From assembly GCA_046583355.1 (NCBI GenBank), contig JAYGCM010000087.1, forward strand, positions 32,001 to 96,000: a stretch of DNA of 64,000 nucleotides. Direction: 5' to 3'. Both the position numbers and the translations under genes were made by a program. The notes below the pieces were generated by a model. It had not been told where the DNA came from. It did no database searches and worked only from the letters and a program-made list of their open reading frames with translations. Position 1 is the first letter of the stretch. The number at the start of each line of letters is the position of its first letter. Shown in pieces: positions 41,156 to 51,396 of this stretch. Source of the stretch: Deltaproteobacteria bacterium. Lineage in GTDB: Bacteria > Desulfobacterota > Binatia > UBA12015.

Positions 41156-42076
41156 ATGGAAGAACGGACCTATACGGTGTTGGGGACAGGCGCTCTGGGC
41201 GGTTATTATGGGGCACGTCTGCACCACGGCGGCGTGCGCGTTCGTTTCCTGCTGCATAGCGATTTTGCGCATGTCCGCCGCCATGGGCTTCGCGTCGAGT
41301 CTCCTGAGGGAGATTTCTCGATCGCCAAACCAGAGATCTACGCGGCCCCGACGGATCTCCCTCCCTCGGATGTGGTGCTTGTCTGTCTCAAATCCACCGG
41401 TAATGCCCAGTTGCCCGAGTTGATTCCGCCCGCCGTGGGGAAAAGCGGGGTGGTTGTCGTGATGCAGAACGGGCTCGGCATCGAAGAGGAGATCGCGGCT
41501 TTTCTGCCGCAGCATCGCATCTTCGGCGGCCTCTCTTTTCTCTGCTCGAATAAGGTCGGGCCCGGTCATATCCGGCATTCCGATTATGGTCAGGTGCGCT
41601 TCGGTGAGTATTTGCCCGGTGGCGCCTCGGCCGGCATCAGCGCGTGCATGCGCGCCATGGGCGCGGATTTCGAGCGCGCCGGCATCCCCGTCGTGCTCGA
41701 AGAGGATCTGGCCACGGCCCGTTGGAAGAAGCTGGTCTGGAATATCCCGTATAACGGGCTCTGCGCTTTGCGCGATTGCCCCACCGATGCACTGATGAAG
41801 GATCCGCAGGACCATGCGCTGATTGCCGAGTTGATGCACGAAGTGCGCGCCGTGGCGGCCGCCGCCGGTGTCGCGATAGCGGCGAGTTTCCAGGCGGCAA
41901 TGTTCGAGAATACGGCGGCGATGGGTGCCTACCTGCCGAGTATGTTGCTCGATAGGCGTGGCGGGCGTCCGCTTGAGATCGATGCGATCTACGCCGCGCC
42001 ATTGGCGGTGGCAAGGCGCCATGGTGTGGCCTGTCCGCGGATGGAGGAGTTGCATTCCGCTCTGCGTGGGGTCTGA
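41156..42076 (+). CDS. panE: 2-dehydropantoate 2-reductase (ketopantoate reductase family)
   Basis: GTGALGGYYG, QNGLG, WKKLVWNIPYNGL, SMLLD...EIDAI. Confidence 0.9.
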   Translation: MEERTYTVLGTGALGGYYGARLHHGGVRVRFLLHSDFAHVRRHGLRVESPEGDFSIAKPEIYAAPTDLPPSDVVLVCLKSTGNAQLPELIPPAVGKSGVVVVMQNGLGIEEEIAAFLPQHRIFGGLSFLCSNKVGPGHIRHSDYGQVRFGEYLPGGASAGISACMRAMGADFERAGIPVVLEEDLATARWKKLVWNIPYNGLCALRDCPTDALMKDPQDHALIAELMHEVRAVAAAAGVAIAASFQAAMFENTAAMGAYLPSMLLDRRGGRPLEIDAIYAAPLAVARRHGVACPRMEELHSALRGV

Positions 42077-42179
42077 GAATCCGGGCCGGCCGCAGGGCCG
42101 CTGGTCGGCCCACCTTGAAGGTCGGGTGGGCCGTTGATAAACCCTCCCATTCCCTCGGCGCTTTCGATGGCCGATGTAG

Positions 42180-42252
42180 GGGGCAGTAGCTCAGTTGGGA
42201 GAGCACCACGTTCGCAACGTGGGGGTCGTGGGTTCAAATCCCATCTGCTCCA
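42180..42252 (+). tRNA. tRNA-Ala (anticodon CGC), CCA not encoded
   Basis: Cloverleaf: GGGGCAG/CTGCTCC acceptor stem with G3:U70, D arm GCTCAGTTGGGAGAGC, anticodon arm CCACG-TTCGCAA-CGTGG, T loop GGTTCAAATCC. Confidence 0.97.
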
Positions 42253-42257
42253 CTCCG

Positions 42258-42292
42258 AAGCCGGCAGGCGCATCAGCGCTTGCCGGCTTTTT
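42258..42292 (+). terminator. Rho-independent terminator after the tRNA
   Basis: AAGCCGGCAGGCGC-ATCA-GCGCTTGCCGGCTT stem followed by T residues. Confidence 0.85.
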
Positions 42293-42329
42293 CGTTGCGC
42301 CTCCCGAATCCAGGGGGTTGGGTAGGCAC

Positions 42330-43937
42330 ATGGACTTCAACCTGGCCGATCTATTCGAGCGCACTGTCGATGAGTTCCCGCAACGCGAGTACCTGGTCTG
42401 CGAGGGCAAGCGGCGCACCTACGCCGAGATGGAGGCGCGGGCCAATCGCCTTGCGCATGCACTGAAGGGCCAAGGCATCGAGCCGGGCGACCATGTCGGA
42501 ATCTACGCCCTCAACTCGGTTGAATGGGTCGAGGCTCTTTGGGCGATCTTCAAGATCCGCGCGGTCTGGATCAATATCAACTACCGCTACGTCGAAGACG
42601 AGCTGCGCTATATCGTCGGCAACGCCGATTTGAAGGGGCTGATCTACGCCCGCGAGTTTGCGCCTTTGGTCGCGAGCGTGCGCGACTCCATGCCGGAGCT
42701 GCGTGGCCTGCTCTGCATCGAAGACGGCAGCGGCGCGGACCTGGCCGGGCTGGACTCGCCCGATTACGAAGATGCGCTGGCGGCAAACCCACCTGATCGC
42801 GATTTCGCTCCGCGCTCGGGCGACGACCATTATATTCTTTATACCGGCGGCACCACGGGAATGCCCAAGGGCGTCGTCTGGCGGCACCGGGATGTGCTCT
42901 ACGCGCTCGGCGGCGGCATCGACCCCCATAGTGGCGAGCGCATCGAGAAGCCCGAAGATATGATCGCCAAGGCCGGCGACACGCCAATGGCGTTTTTGCC
43001 GATCGCACCTCTGATGCATGGCGCGACGCAATGGGCCTGCATGGGCCAGAGCTTCACCGGCAACAAGATTGTGCTGGTGGCGCGATTCTCGCCGCAAAGT
43101 GTTTGGGATCTGATCGCCCAGGAGAAGGTCAATTCAATGATGATCACGGGCGACGCGATGGGTCGCCCGCTGATTGAGGCGCTTGACCAAGAGCACCGGC
43201 GCGATCTGTCGAATTTTTTCCTCCTGACCAGCAGCGCCGCGACCTTCTCCCCTTCGGTCAAGGATCGCTTCTTCGACCATTTTCCGTCGCTCCTGATGAT
43301 CGACGCCATCGGTTCGTCCGAGAGCGGCAACAACGGCATGATCTTCGTCGAGAAGGGCAAGACCGATATGAAGGGCGGGCCGCGGGTCAAGAAGCTCGGT
43401 GCGACCTTCGTGCTCGACGATGCGGGCAAGCCGGTTGCGGCGGGTTCGGGTGAGATCGGTCGTCTTGCTCGCAGCGGCGATATCCCGATCGGCTACTATA
43501 ACGACCCTGTCAAAACCGCCGAGACCTTCGTCACCTACGACGGCATACGCTACGCGATGCCGGGGGATTTCGCGCGGATCGAGGCCGATGGCACGATCAC
43601 ATTGCTCGGCCGCGGCTCGGTATCGATCAATTCGGGCGGCGAGAAGATTTTCCCCGAGGAGGTCGAGGCGGCCGTGAAGGGCCATGCCGAAGTCTTTGAT
43701 TGTACGATCGTCGGTGTGCCCGACGAGCGCTGGGGCGAGCGCGTCTGCGCCGTGGTGCAGCCGCGGCCCGATTGCACACCCACGCTCGAATCCGTCCAAG
43801 AGGCCTGCCGGCAGAAAATCGCTGGCTATAAGGTGCCGCGCGAGATGCATTTCGTGGCCGAGATCGTTCGTTCGCCCAGCGGCAAGCCCGATTACCGCTG
43901 GGCCAAAGCCTACGCGCTCGAGCAGCGCGCCGGCTGA
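42330..43937 (+). CDS. Acyl-CoA synthetase (FadD19-like ANL family)
   Basis: YTGGTTGMPKGV, APLMHG, GSSESG, GRGSVSINSGGEKIFPEEVE, PSGKPDY. Confidence 0.93.
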   Translation: MDFNLADLFERTVDEFPQREYLVCEGKRRTYAEMEARANRLAHALKGQGIEPGDHVGIYALNSVEWVEALWAIFKIRAVWININYRYVEDELRYIVGNADLKGLIYAREFAPLVASVRDSMPELRGLLCIEDGSGADLAGLDSPDYEDALAANPPDRDFAPRSGDDHYILYTGGTTGMPKGVVWRHRDVLYALGGGIDPHSGERIEKPEDMIAKAGDTPMAFLPIAPLMHGATQWACMGQSFTGNKIVLVARFSPQSVWDLIAQEKVNSMMITGDAMGRPLIEALDQEHRRDLSNFFLLTSSAATFSPSVKDRFFDHFPSLLMIDAIGSSESGNNGMIFVEKGKTDMKGGPRVKKLGATFVLDDAGKPVAAGSGEIGRLARSGDIPIGYYNDPVKTAETFVTYDGIRYAMPGDFARIEADGTITLLGRGSVSINSGGEKIFPEEVEAAVKGHAEVFDCTIVGVPDERWGERVCAVVQPRPDCTPTLESVQEACRQKIAGYKVPREMHFVAEIVRSPSGKPDYRWAKAYALEQRAG

Positions 43938-43941
43938 CGCC

Positions 43942-44652
43942 ATGTGCGGCCGCTACACGCTTACCTCACCGGCCCAACAGATCGCCGAGGTCTTCGGTGT
44001 ATTGGTGCCCGCCGTCTCCTGGGTGTCGCGCTATAATATCGCGCCCGGTACCGATATCCCCGTCGTGCGCGCGTCGGCCGAGGGCGGTCGCCAGCTCGAC
44101 TCGTTGCATTGGGGCCTGGTCCCTTCCTGGATGGCGGAGCGCCCGACCCGGCGCCCGATGATCAACGCCCGCTCCGAGACCGTCGCCGAGAAGCCTTCCT
44201 TCCGCTCGGCCTTCCGTAAACGCCGTTGCCTGGTCCCGGCCGACGGCTTCTATGAATGGCAGAAGGCCCCCGGTGGGAAGAAACCGTATCTGATGCGCCG
44301 GCCTGATCAGGCGCCCTTTGCCCTGGCCGGTCTCTGGGAGCATTGGGAGGGTAACGGCGGCGAGACGCTCGAATCCTGTGCTCTGCTCACCACGACGCCG
44401 AATGGTCAAATGGAGGGAATCCACGACCGCATGCCGGTCGTGCTCGCGCCGCAGGCCTGGGCGAGCTGGCTCGATACCGAGATCGAGCCCGACCAACTCA
44501 GCCATCTCTTTGCCCCGGTCGCTGACGATTATTTCTCCGCCATGGCCGTGACGACCCGCGTCAACAGCCCGCGCTATGATGACCCGCTTTGCCTGGAACC
44601 CGCGGGCTCCCGGGCGGCCTTGCCGCCCGGGACGCAGGGCGGGCTCTTTTAG
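43942..44652 (+). CDS. SOS response-associated peptidase (SRAP/YedK/HMCES family)
   Basis: N-terminal MCGRY, RYNIAP, INARSET, GFYEW, IHDRMPV. Confidence 0.95.
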   Translation: MCGRYTLTSPAQQIAEVFGVLVPAVSWVSRYNIAPGTDIPVVRASAEGGRQLDSLHWGLVPSWMAERPTRRPMINARSETVAEKPSFRSAFRKRRCLVPADGFYEWQKAPGGKKPYLMRRPDQAPFALAGLWEHWEGNGGETLESCALLTTTPNGQMEGIHDRMPVVLAPQAWASWLDTEIEPDQLSHLFAPVADDYFSAMAVTTRVNSPRYDDPLCLEPAGSRAALPPGTQGGLF

Positions 44653-45155
44653 AGGTCCGGATCTTCCGGCGCGGGGTCTTCGCCCCCTTCGTTCAGCCAG
44701 GCGAGGTCGATGTTGAGGTAGGCGCGGGCGAGCGCGGTGGTGTGGGTGGTTGCGGGGATAGGCGGCATGCGGTCGAGCAAGGTGCAGCGGTAGAGGAGGG
44801 CGTCGCGTTGATTCTGCACGGCAGTCTCGAGGATCTCCGTGTTGGCGGTTTCGCGCAGCAGGGCCAGGCGGGCGACCAGTTCGGGTGGTGATTGAGGCCA
44901 ATGCGGTGGGGCCTTGAGCCAGGCCTCGAGGTGACGGTGGCCGCCCGCGGTCAGGGCAAAGGGAATCCGGCCGCGCGCATCGGGCTTGCCTTCGCTGACC
45001 AATCCGCGCCGCGCGAGGCGGCGCAGGGTGGTGCGGACCTGGGCGACGGCCAGTCCGCGAAAGGGCGCCAAGCGTGGCGCGACATGGCGGTGTAAATCGC
45101 CGCTATGCAGGGGGCCACCGGCAAGGGCCGCGAGGAGCGCGGTGGGGACGATCAT
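44649..45155 (-). CDS. PadR-family transcriptional regulator
   Basis: GPLHSGDL, QVRTTLRRLARRGLV, FALTAGG..LEAWL, C-terminal DLAWL helix. Confidence 0.7.
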   Translation of the reverse strand: MIVPTALLAALAGGPLHSGDLHRHVAPRLAPFRGLAVAQVRTTLRRLARRGLVSEGKPDARGRIPFALTAGGHRHLEAWLKAPPHWPQSPPELVARLALLRETANTEILETAVQNQRDALLYRCTLLDRMPPIPATTHTTALARAYLNIDLAWLNEGGEDPAPEDPDL

Positions 45156-45323
45156 GCCACTTTCTTGCTCGCCTGTGTGGGGCTGCCCAGCCGAGCCTGC
45201 GAAACAATGTGCTGCGTGCAGCAGGACGCAGATCCATCGCTGGAAACTTGCTCGACTTCGGGCCTCCCTATTCGGCCGGATATCGAGCCTTCCGCGCGAA
45301 CATTCGGAAGCGGGCCTGTTCAG

Positions 45324-45959
45324 TCAGGCGTCGGGGGGGAAGAGCGTTTGCCCGCGCGCCAGACTGTCGGCGAGCATCTCGAGGAAGGTGGCGCGCGGGA
45401 TCTCTTCGGCACCGAGTCGCTCGAAATGGGGCGTCATTACCTGGCAATCAATCCATTCGGCGCCGCGTGCGCGCAGATGGTCGATGAGAAAGAGCAGCGC
45501 CAGGCGCGAGGCATCGGCCTCGGCGTAGAACATGCTCTCGCCGGAAAAGGCGCCGCCGGAGTCGATACCGTAGAGGCCGCCAACCAGCTTGTCGCCTCGC
45601 CAGGCCTCGACACTATGCGCAATGCCCATGGCGTGCAGGTCTTCATAGGCCTGGACCATCTTCTGGTTGATCCAGGTGCCGTCCTGGTCGGGGCGCGAGC
45701 GCGATGCGCATTGCTGGATCACATCCGGGAAGGCCGCGTCGATGGTGAAGCGGAGTTCCGTGCGGCGGCGCGCTTTTGCCAGGCCGCGGCCGATATGGAG
45801 GTTCGCGAAACGCAGAATCGCTCGGTCTTGCGGGCAATACCAGAGCAGCGGCAGATCTTCGGCCGGCCAGGGGAAAATGCCCTGGCGGTAGGCTGCGATG
45901 AGGGTTTCGCTGTGCAGGTCGCCGCCGACGGCGACGATATCTTCTTCCATCGAGAGCAT
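45324..45959 (-). CDS. aat: Leucyl/phenylalanyl-tRNA--protein transferase
   Basis: AYRQGIFPW, GTWI, AHSVEAW, LVGGLYG, FSGESMF, IDCQ. Confidence 0.95.
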   Translation of the reverse strand: MLSMEEDIVAVGGDLHSETLIAAYRQGIFPWPAEDLPLLWYCPQDRAILRFANLHIGRGLAKARRRTELRFTIDAAFPDVIQQCASRSRPDQDGTWINQKMVQAYEDLHAMGIAHSVEAWRGDKLVGGLYGIDSGGAFSGESMFYAEADASRLALLFLIDHLRARGAEWIDCQVMTPHFERLGAEEIPRATFLEMLADSLARGQTLFPPDA

Positions 45960-46033
45960 GGCGTTCTACGATTGTCTTAACAGGCGGGCGCGCGATTTTT
46001 GCCAGCGGCGCGGCGGAGGGCTAACTCTTCTGC

Positions 46034-47455
46034 ATGGGCAAAAATCTTCTCGATAAGGTGTGGGACGCTCACACCGTCCGCGAACTCGAATCGGGTCAGA
46101 GCCAGCTCTTTGTCGGGCTGCACCTGATTCACGAGGTCACGAGCCCGCAGGCCTTCGCCATGTTGCGCGAAGCTGGCCTGCCGGTGGCATTTCCTGACCG
46201 CACCTTTGCGACGGTGGATCATATCATTCCGACCGATGATCAGACCCGGCCGCTGCGCGACGCGCAGGCCGAGATCATGATGAGCGCGTTGGAGGAGAAT
46301 ACCCGCGCCGGTGGGATTCAATTCTTCGGGCCGGAATCGGGCCATCAGGGCGTGGTGCATGTGATCGGCCCCGAACTCGGGCTCACCCAGCCGGGCATGA
46401 CGATTGCCTGCGGCGATAGCCATACCAGCACGCATGGCGCGTTCGGCGCGGTTGCCTTCGGTATCGGCACCAGTCAGGTGCGCGATGTGCTGGCAACCCA
46501 ATGCCTGGCGATGCAGCGCCCGAAGACGCGGCGTATCGTAGTCAATGGCGAATTGCGCCGCGGGGTCTATGCCAAGGACGTGATTCTGCACATCATCCGC
46601 CGCCTCGGCGTCAAGGGTGGAGTCGGGTTTGCCTACGAATTTTCCGGCGAGGTTTTTGACCGCATGACGATGGAGGAGCGGATGACCGTCTGCAATATGT
46701 CCATCGAAGGCGGCGCGCGTTGCGGCTACGTGAACCCCGACGAGACGACCTTCGCCTATTTGAAGGGGCGCGATTATGTGCCCGAGGGCGAAGCCTTCGA
46801 GCGCGCCGTCGCGTGGTGGCGCAGCTTGGCTTCCGATGCCGATGCCGTATTTGACGATGAAGTCGTCATTCCTGCCAGCGAAATCACACCGACGGTCACC
46901 TGGGGCATCAACCCCGGCCAGGCCGTCGGCATCGGCGAGGCGATTCCGCTGCCGGGCGATTTCGACGCGGATGAGAAGCCGGTTGCCGAGGACGCCTACG
47001 CTTATATGGATTGGCACGAGGGCGACTCGATTCGCGGTGCGAAGATCGACGTGGCGTTCATCGGTTCGTGTACCAATGGTCGCATTGAGGATCTGCGCGA
47101 GGCGGCGAAAGTCGCCCGCACGGGCACGGTAGCCAGCACGGTACAGGCGATTGTCGTGCCGGGTTCCCAAGAGGTGGCACGCCAGGCCGAGGCCGAAGGC
47201 CTGCCGGCCGTATTCACGGCAGCCGGCTTCGAATGGCGCCTGCCGGGTTGCTCGATGTGCCTCGCCATGAACCCCGACAAGCTCAAAGGCAACCAGGTTT
47301 GCGCGTCCTCGAGCAATCGCAATTTCAAGGGCCGGCAGGGCAGCGCGACGGGCCGGACCTTGTTGATGAGTCCGGCGATGGTCGCCGCGGCTGCGATTGC
47401 CGGCGAGGTCTGCGATGTGCGCGATATATTGCCCGAAGGAGACGCTGATGTCTGA
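46034..47455 (+). CDS. leuC: 3-isopropylmalate dehydratase large subunit
   Basis: [48 protein letters not shown]. Confidence 0.97.
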   Translation: MGKNLLDKVWDAHTVRELESGQSQLFVGLHLIHEVTSPQAFAMLREAGLPVAFPDRTFATVDHIIPTDDQTRPLRDAQAEIMMSALEENTRAGGIQFFGPESGHQGVVHVIGPELGLTQPGMTIACGDSHTSTHGAFGAVAFGIGTSQVRDVLATQCLAMQRPKTRRIVVNGELRRGVYAKDVILHIIRRLGVKGGVGFAYEFSGEVFDRMTMEERMTVCNMSIEGGARCGYVNPDETTFAYLKGRDYVPEGEAFERAVAWWRSLASDADAVFDDEVVIPASEITPTVTWGINPGQAVGIGEAIPLPGDFDADEKPVAEDAYAYMDWHEGDSIRGAKIDVAFIGSCTNGRIEDLREAAKVARTGTVASTVQAIVVPGSQEVARQAEAEGLPAVFTAAGFEWRLPGCSMCLAMNPDKLKGNQVCASSSNRNFKGRQGSATGRTLLMSPAMVAAAAIAGEVCDVRDILPEGDADV

Positions 47456-48083
47456 GGAAAAGAACGACGAAACGCTCCCCGTGACCTCGGTTGCCGGCCA
47501 TCCCGTGCCGATTCGCGGCAACGATATCGATACCGACCGGATCATTCCGGCGCGCTTCATGACGGCTGTGACCTTTGATGGGATGGGCGAGCTGGCCTTC
47601 TATGACGTGCGATTCGATGCCGAGGGCAAAGAACTCGACCATCCGATGAACGACCCGAAGCACCGCGCCAAGGGTGCGCAGGTGGCCGTTGTCAATAAGA
47701 ATTTCGGCTGTGGGTCTTCGCGTGAGCACGCGCCGCAGGCGATGCACCGCTGGGGTGTGCACGCCATGGTGGGGGAATCCTTCGCCGATATTTTCTTCGG
47801 CAATTGCGTCGCCCTGGGGATTCCCTGCATGACGCTGGCCTCGGCGGATCTCGAAGATCTGATGCAGGCGGTCGAAAAAAACCCGGCCGAAGCGGTGGAG
47901 TTGGACGTGGCTGCCGGGCAGGTCCGTCACGGCGCGAAGAGCTACGCGGCGACGCTTCCGGCCTCGGCCCGCCAGCAATTTCTCAGTGGCACCTGGGACG
48001 CGACGCGCACACTCCTCGAGGGCATGGCACAGGTCCACGAGACGGCGGCTCGGCTGCCCTATATCGGCGGTTTTGCGACCTGA
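47448..48083 (+). CDS. leuD: 3-isopropylmalate dehydratase small subunit
   Basis: [34 protein letters not shown]; overlaps the leuC stop. Confidence 0.97.
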   Translation: MSEEKNDETLPVTSVAGHPVPIRGNDIDTDRIIPARFMTAVTFDGMGELAFYDVRFDAEGKELDHPMNDPKHRAKGAQVAVVNKNFGCGSSREHAPQAMHRWGVHAMVGESFADIFFGNCVALGIPCMTLASADLEDLMQAVEKNPAEAVELDVAAGQVRHGAKSYAATLPASARQQFLSGTWDATRTLLEGMAQVHETAARLPYIGGFAT

Positions 48084-48105
48084 CGCTATCGTGTAGAGCG
48101 TGGGC

Positions 48106-49257
48106 ATGCGCTCTTTACGTGACTCGTCTCTGCTCACTCTGGTTCTCGCCTGTGGCCTGCTTGCGGGCTGTGCGGCGAAGCAGCGTCTGGAAGGCCCGAA
48201 TTACCCCGCCTCCGGGCCGGCCTTCGTGCGCCCCTCGCTGGCCAATGACCCCGCGGCCCTACAGCCGGCGGACCTGCGCCATCGCATCATTCTGATCGGC
48301 GATACGGGCGATCCCGGCGAGGTCGAGCCCTCCCATGGCGCACTCGGCGTCTGGGGCAACGCGGCCTCTTCGCGCACGACCGTCCTCTTCCTCGGTGACA
48401 ACCTCTATATGAGCGGGTTGACCGACGATGATCGTGAACGGGGCGAAGGAATCCTGCGCCAACAACTCGCGGCCACGCGGGCGCAGAAGATCTTCGTGCC
48501 GGGCAACCACGATTGGGGCGGCTTTGACCCGACTCGCGCGCATATCTTGTACAATCAGGAGGAGTTCATCGAAGCCGAGGGCGCCGGGCACGCGCGTTTC
48601 CGGCCTCAAGGAGGCTGCCCGGGGCCGTCCGTGGTGGAATTGGCGCCCGCCGGCGCCGATGGGCGCGGCGCTATCGTGGCGATCCTGATCGATACGCAAT
48701 GGTGGTGGGTGCCGGCCGATAAGCGAGTCGATTGTCCGGGCCGCAACTCGGCCGCCGAGGTGGTGGCCGCCCTCGATGCGGAACTCACCCGGCATGCTGA
48801 CGACCTGGTGATCGTAGCGGCGCACCATCCGTTTACCTCGGCGAGCGCGCATGGCGGCATGCCGCGTGGCTTTGTCGGCACTCTTTTTGAGAACGCCGTG
48901 TTGGGACTGGGTTTCTACCTGCAAGATCTGGGCGAGCCGCAATATATCGAGATGATCGGCCAGCTCTCGGGGCCGCTCAAGAAGAACCCGCCGCTGGTCT
49001 ATGCCGCGGGCCACGACCATGCTTTGCAGATCCTCGATGGTGGCGAGATCGCCGCCATCCAGGTGGTCAGCGGCGCTGGCTCCGAGGATAAGGTGAGTCC
49101 GGTGACGAATATCGACGAGACGATCTTTGCCCATGCCCATACGGGATTCGTTGTCATTGATGTGCTGGGCTCGGCCGCGGCGCCGGAGGTGGTGCTGCGG
49201 GTGATCGAGCCGGGGCAGCGCAACCCCGTTTTCGACCTGGAAATTCCGCACTCCTGA
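48106..49257 (+). CDS. Calcineurin-like metallophosphoesterase lipoprotein
   Basis: Lipobox LAGC; GDTG, GDN, GNHD, HHP, GHDH. Confidence 0.9.
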   Translation: MRSLRDSSLLTLVLACGLLAGCAAKQRLEGPNYPASGPAFVRPSLANDPAALQPADLRHRIILIGDTGDPGEVEPSHGALGVWGNAASSRTTVLFLGDNLYMSGLTDDDRERGEGILRQQLAATRAQKIFVPGNHDWGGFDPTRAHILYNQEEFIEAEGAGHARFRPQGGCPGPSVVELAPAGADGRGAIVAILIDTQWWWVPADKRVDCPGRNSAAEVVAALDAELTRHADDLVIVAAHHPFTSASAHGGMPRGFVGTLFENAVLGLGFYLQDLGEPQYIEMIGQLSGPLKKNPPLVYAAGHDHALQILDGGEIAAIQVVSGAGSEDKVSPVTNIDETIFAHAHTGFVVIDVLGSAAAPEVVLRVIEPGQRNPVFDLEIPHS

Positions 49258-49345
49258 TCCCTTCTCTGGGTGTGGCGGTCCGCGTGATACCACTCCCTCC
49301 TCGCGAGCCGCCGGGCTCTGCTTGGAGAGGCAGCGGTGCCCCCAC

Positions 49346-49418
49346 CCTGACCGACCGGTCTGGCAAGTTGACTCCTTTCCGGACTAGTCCTATGAAAGTT
49401 CCTGACCGATCGGTTTGG
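49346..49418 (+). promoter_or_regulatory. shc operon promoter flanked by two near-identical operator palindromes
   Basis: CCTGACCGACCGGTCTGG (49346-49363) and CCTGACCGATCGGTTTGG (49401-49418) bracket TTGACT-N17-TATGAA (49368-49396); RBS GGAGGAG downstream. Confidence 0.65.
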
Positions 49419-49452
49419 TGTTTGGGAACCGGCGGATTTCACGGAGGAGAGA

Positions 49453-51396
49453 ATGTCGGTTGGGCTGGCACCAGAGATGAAATCGGGCGTTTCGCCCGGG
49501 CTGCTTGCACGCGCCCGCGAGGCGGTTGCGCGTTCGCGCGAGTACTTCTTGCAGCGCCAGGCCGAAGAGGGCCATTGGCATTTCTCCATGGAAGCGAATG
49601 CGACCATGGACGCCCAATATATCTTCTTCAACCGGATTTTGGGCCGCGCGATGCCGCAGGTCGAAGCTCGTCTCGGCGAGCACCTTCTGGCGACCCAGGG
49701 CGAAGATGGCGGCTGGCCTCTTTTTTACGGCGGCGCCGGACACCTCTCGGGCAGCATTGAGGCGTATTTCGCGCTCAAGCTGATCGGCCATGATGCAGAG
49801 GAGGAGCCGATGCGCCGCGCGCGCGCGTTCATCCTCGCCGGTGGTGGAGCAGCCCAAGCGCAGGTCTTCACCCGGTTCTTTCTCGCCTACTTCGGCCAAT
49901 TCCCCTGGGAAGGCGTGCCCGCTTTGCCGCCGGAGGTCATGCTTCTGCCCGAGCGCTTCCGCTTCTCGATCTACAATATGTCGAGTTGGGCGCGCTCGAC
50001 TGTCGTCCCTTTGCTGATCCTGGGGCAACACCGCCCGGCTGTTTCGATTCCGGCCAGCACGGGGATCGCCGAGCTTTGGGTGCGCGCTCCGCAGGCAGCG
50101 GATTACGCCTTCCCGGAAGCCGAGTCCATTTTCTCGTGGAAAAATTTCTTCGTTCAGGCCGACAAGGTCTTCCGTCTGCTTGACCGTCTGCCGGTCTCCT
50201 GGCGGGCAAGCGGGATGGAGCGGGCGCTGCATTGGGTGCTGGAGCGCCAGGATAAAAACGGTGGTTGGGCGGGCATCCAGCCGGCGATGATCAATTCCGT
50301 TCTGGCCTTGCGCGCGATGGGTTGCGCCGCCGAACACCCGGCAGTCGTCGCCGGCATTCAGGCAATCGATGATTTCCTCGTCGAGCGCGATGGTCATCTG
50401 CTCTTCCAGCCCTGCGTCTCACCGACCTGGGATACGGCTCTGGTCGTACGTGGCCTGCTGGATGCGGGCGAGAGTCCGGATTCCGAGGTCGTGCGCTGCG
50501 CTGTGCGTTGGCTCGAAGACGCACAGATCCGCCGCAAGGGAGATTGGGCCATCAAGCGTCCCGACCTGCCGGCCGCCGGCTGGGCCTTTGAATACGCCAA
50601 TGATTTCTATCCCGATGTCGATGACTCGGCCGTGATCCTGATGTCCCTCGACGCCGCCGGGCGCCGCGATACCGAGACCTTTCGGCTCGGCTTCGATTGG
50701 ACCATCGGCATGCAGAGCAAAGACGGCGGCTACGGCGCCTTCGATGTCGACAACGACAATCATGTATTCAACGAGTTGCCCTTTGCCGATATGAAGGCGC
50801 AGATCGACCCGCCTACCGAGGACCTGGCCGGTCGTCTCCTGGAGCTGATGGGGCAGGTGGGCAAGGGCGCCGACGAGCCACGGGTGCGGGCCGCGCGCGC
50901 CTTCCTGCGCCGCACCCAGAAGCCCGACGGTTCCTGGTGGGGGCGCTGGGGAGTCAATTATATTTACGGTACCTGGTCGGTGCTTCTCGGACTGCGCGCG
51001 ATCGGTGCGCCGGCCGATCAAGATATGATGGCACGCGCGACGGCATGGTTGCGCTCAGTGCAGAACGAAGACGGCGGCTTTGGCGAGACTTGCGCCAGCT
51101 ACGCCGATGCCGGCCTGAGCGCGCAAGGTACGAGCACGGCCTCGCAGACCGCGTGGGCCTTGATGGGTCTGGTCAGTGGTGATGGCCGCACCAGCCGCGA
51201 ACTCGAAGATGCGGCCGATTACCTGTGCCGGATGCAGGAAGCCGATGGAAGTTGGGCGGAGGCGGAGTTCACGGGAACCGGTTTCCCGAACCATTTCTAT
51301 CTTCGCTACGACGGCTATCGCTGCATTTTTCCGTTGATGGCATTGGCGCGCTTCGTTTCATTGGCTGAAGGTGGCGGAGGCAGGGAAGAGGGATGA
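49453..51396 (+). CDS. shc: Squalene-hopene cyclase
   Basis: DVDD catalytic motif, QW repeats (QGEDGGW, QDKNGGW, QKPDGSW, QEADGSW), CVSPTWDT, TGTGFP. Confidence 0.97.
   Translation: MSVGLAPEMKSGVSPGLLARAREAVARSREYFLQRQAEEGHWHFSMEANATMDAQYIFFNRILGRAMPQVEARLGEHLLATQGEDGGWPLFYGGAGHLSGSIEAYFALKLIGHDAEEEPMRRARAFILAGGGAAQAQVFTRFFLAYFGQFPWEGVPALPPEVMLLPERFRFSIYNMSSWARSTVVPLLILGQHRPAVSIPASTGIAELWVRAPQAADYAFPEAESIFSWKNFFVQADKVFRLLDRLPVSWRASGMERALHWVLERQDKNGGWAGIQPAMINSVLALRAMGCAAEHPAVVAGIQAIDDFLVERDGHLLFQPCVSPTWDTALVVRGLLDAGESPDSEVVRCAVRWLEDAQIRRKGDWAIKRPDLPAAGWAFEYANDFYPDVDDSAVILMSLDAAGRRDTETFRLGFDWTIGMQSKDGGYGAFDVDNDNHVFNELPFADMKAQIDPPTEDLAGRLLELMGQVGKGADEPRVRAARAFLRRTQKPDGSWWGRWGVNYIYGTWSVLLGLRAIGAPADQDMMARATAWLRSVQNEDGGFGETCASYADAGLSAQGTSTASQTAWALMGLVSGDGRTSRELEDAADYLCRMQEADGSWAEAEFTGTGFPNHFYLRYDGYRCIFPLMALARFVSLAEGGGGREEG

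Noticed and set aside
42106..42133. Hairpin after panE as an ncRNA
   Set aside because: A simple 9-bp stem, more simply a weak terminator or mRNA end structure; not enough evidence for a feature call
42195..42329. N-terminal extension of the acyl-CoA synthetase in the ORF track
   Set aside because: Overlaps the tRNA and terminator; ATG 42330 is the plausible start. Similar over-extensions were trimmed for the patatin, metH, hpnE, hpnH and SRAP ORFs
42180..42330. tRNA-Ala as an integration site or island boundary
   Set aside because: No integrase, no duplicated tRNA 3' end seen, no composition shift; a terminator and housekeeping genes follow
43942..44652. SRAP gene as a marker of a prophage or mutagenesis cassette
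   Set aside because: No imuABC/umuDC or phage genes nearby; standalone chromosomal copies are common
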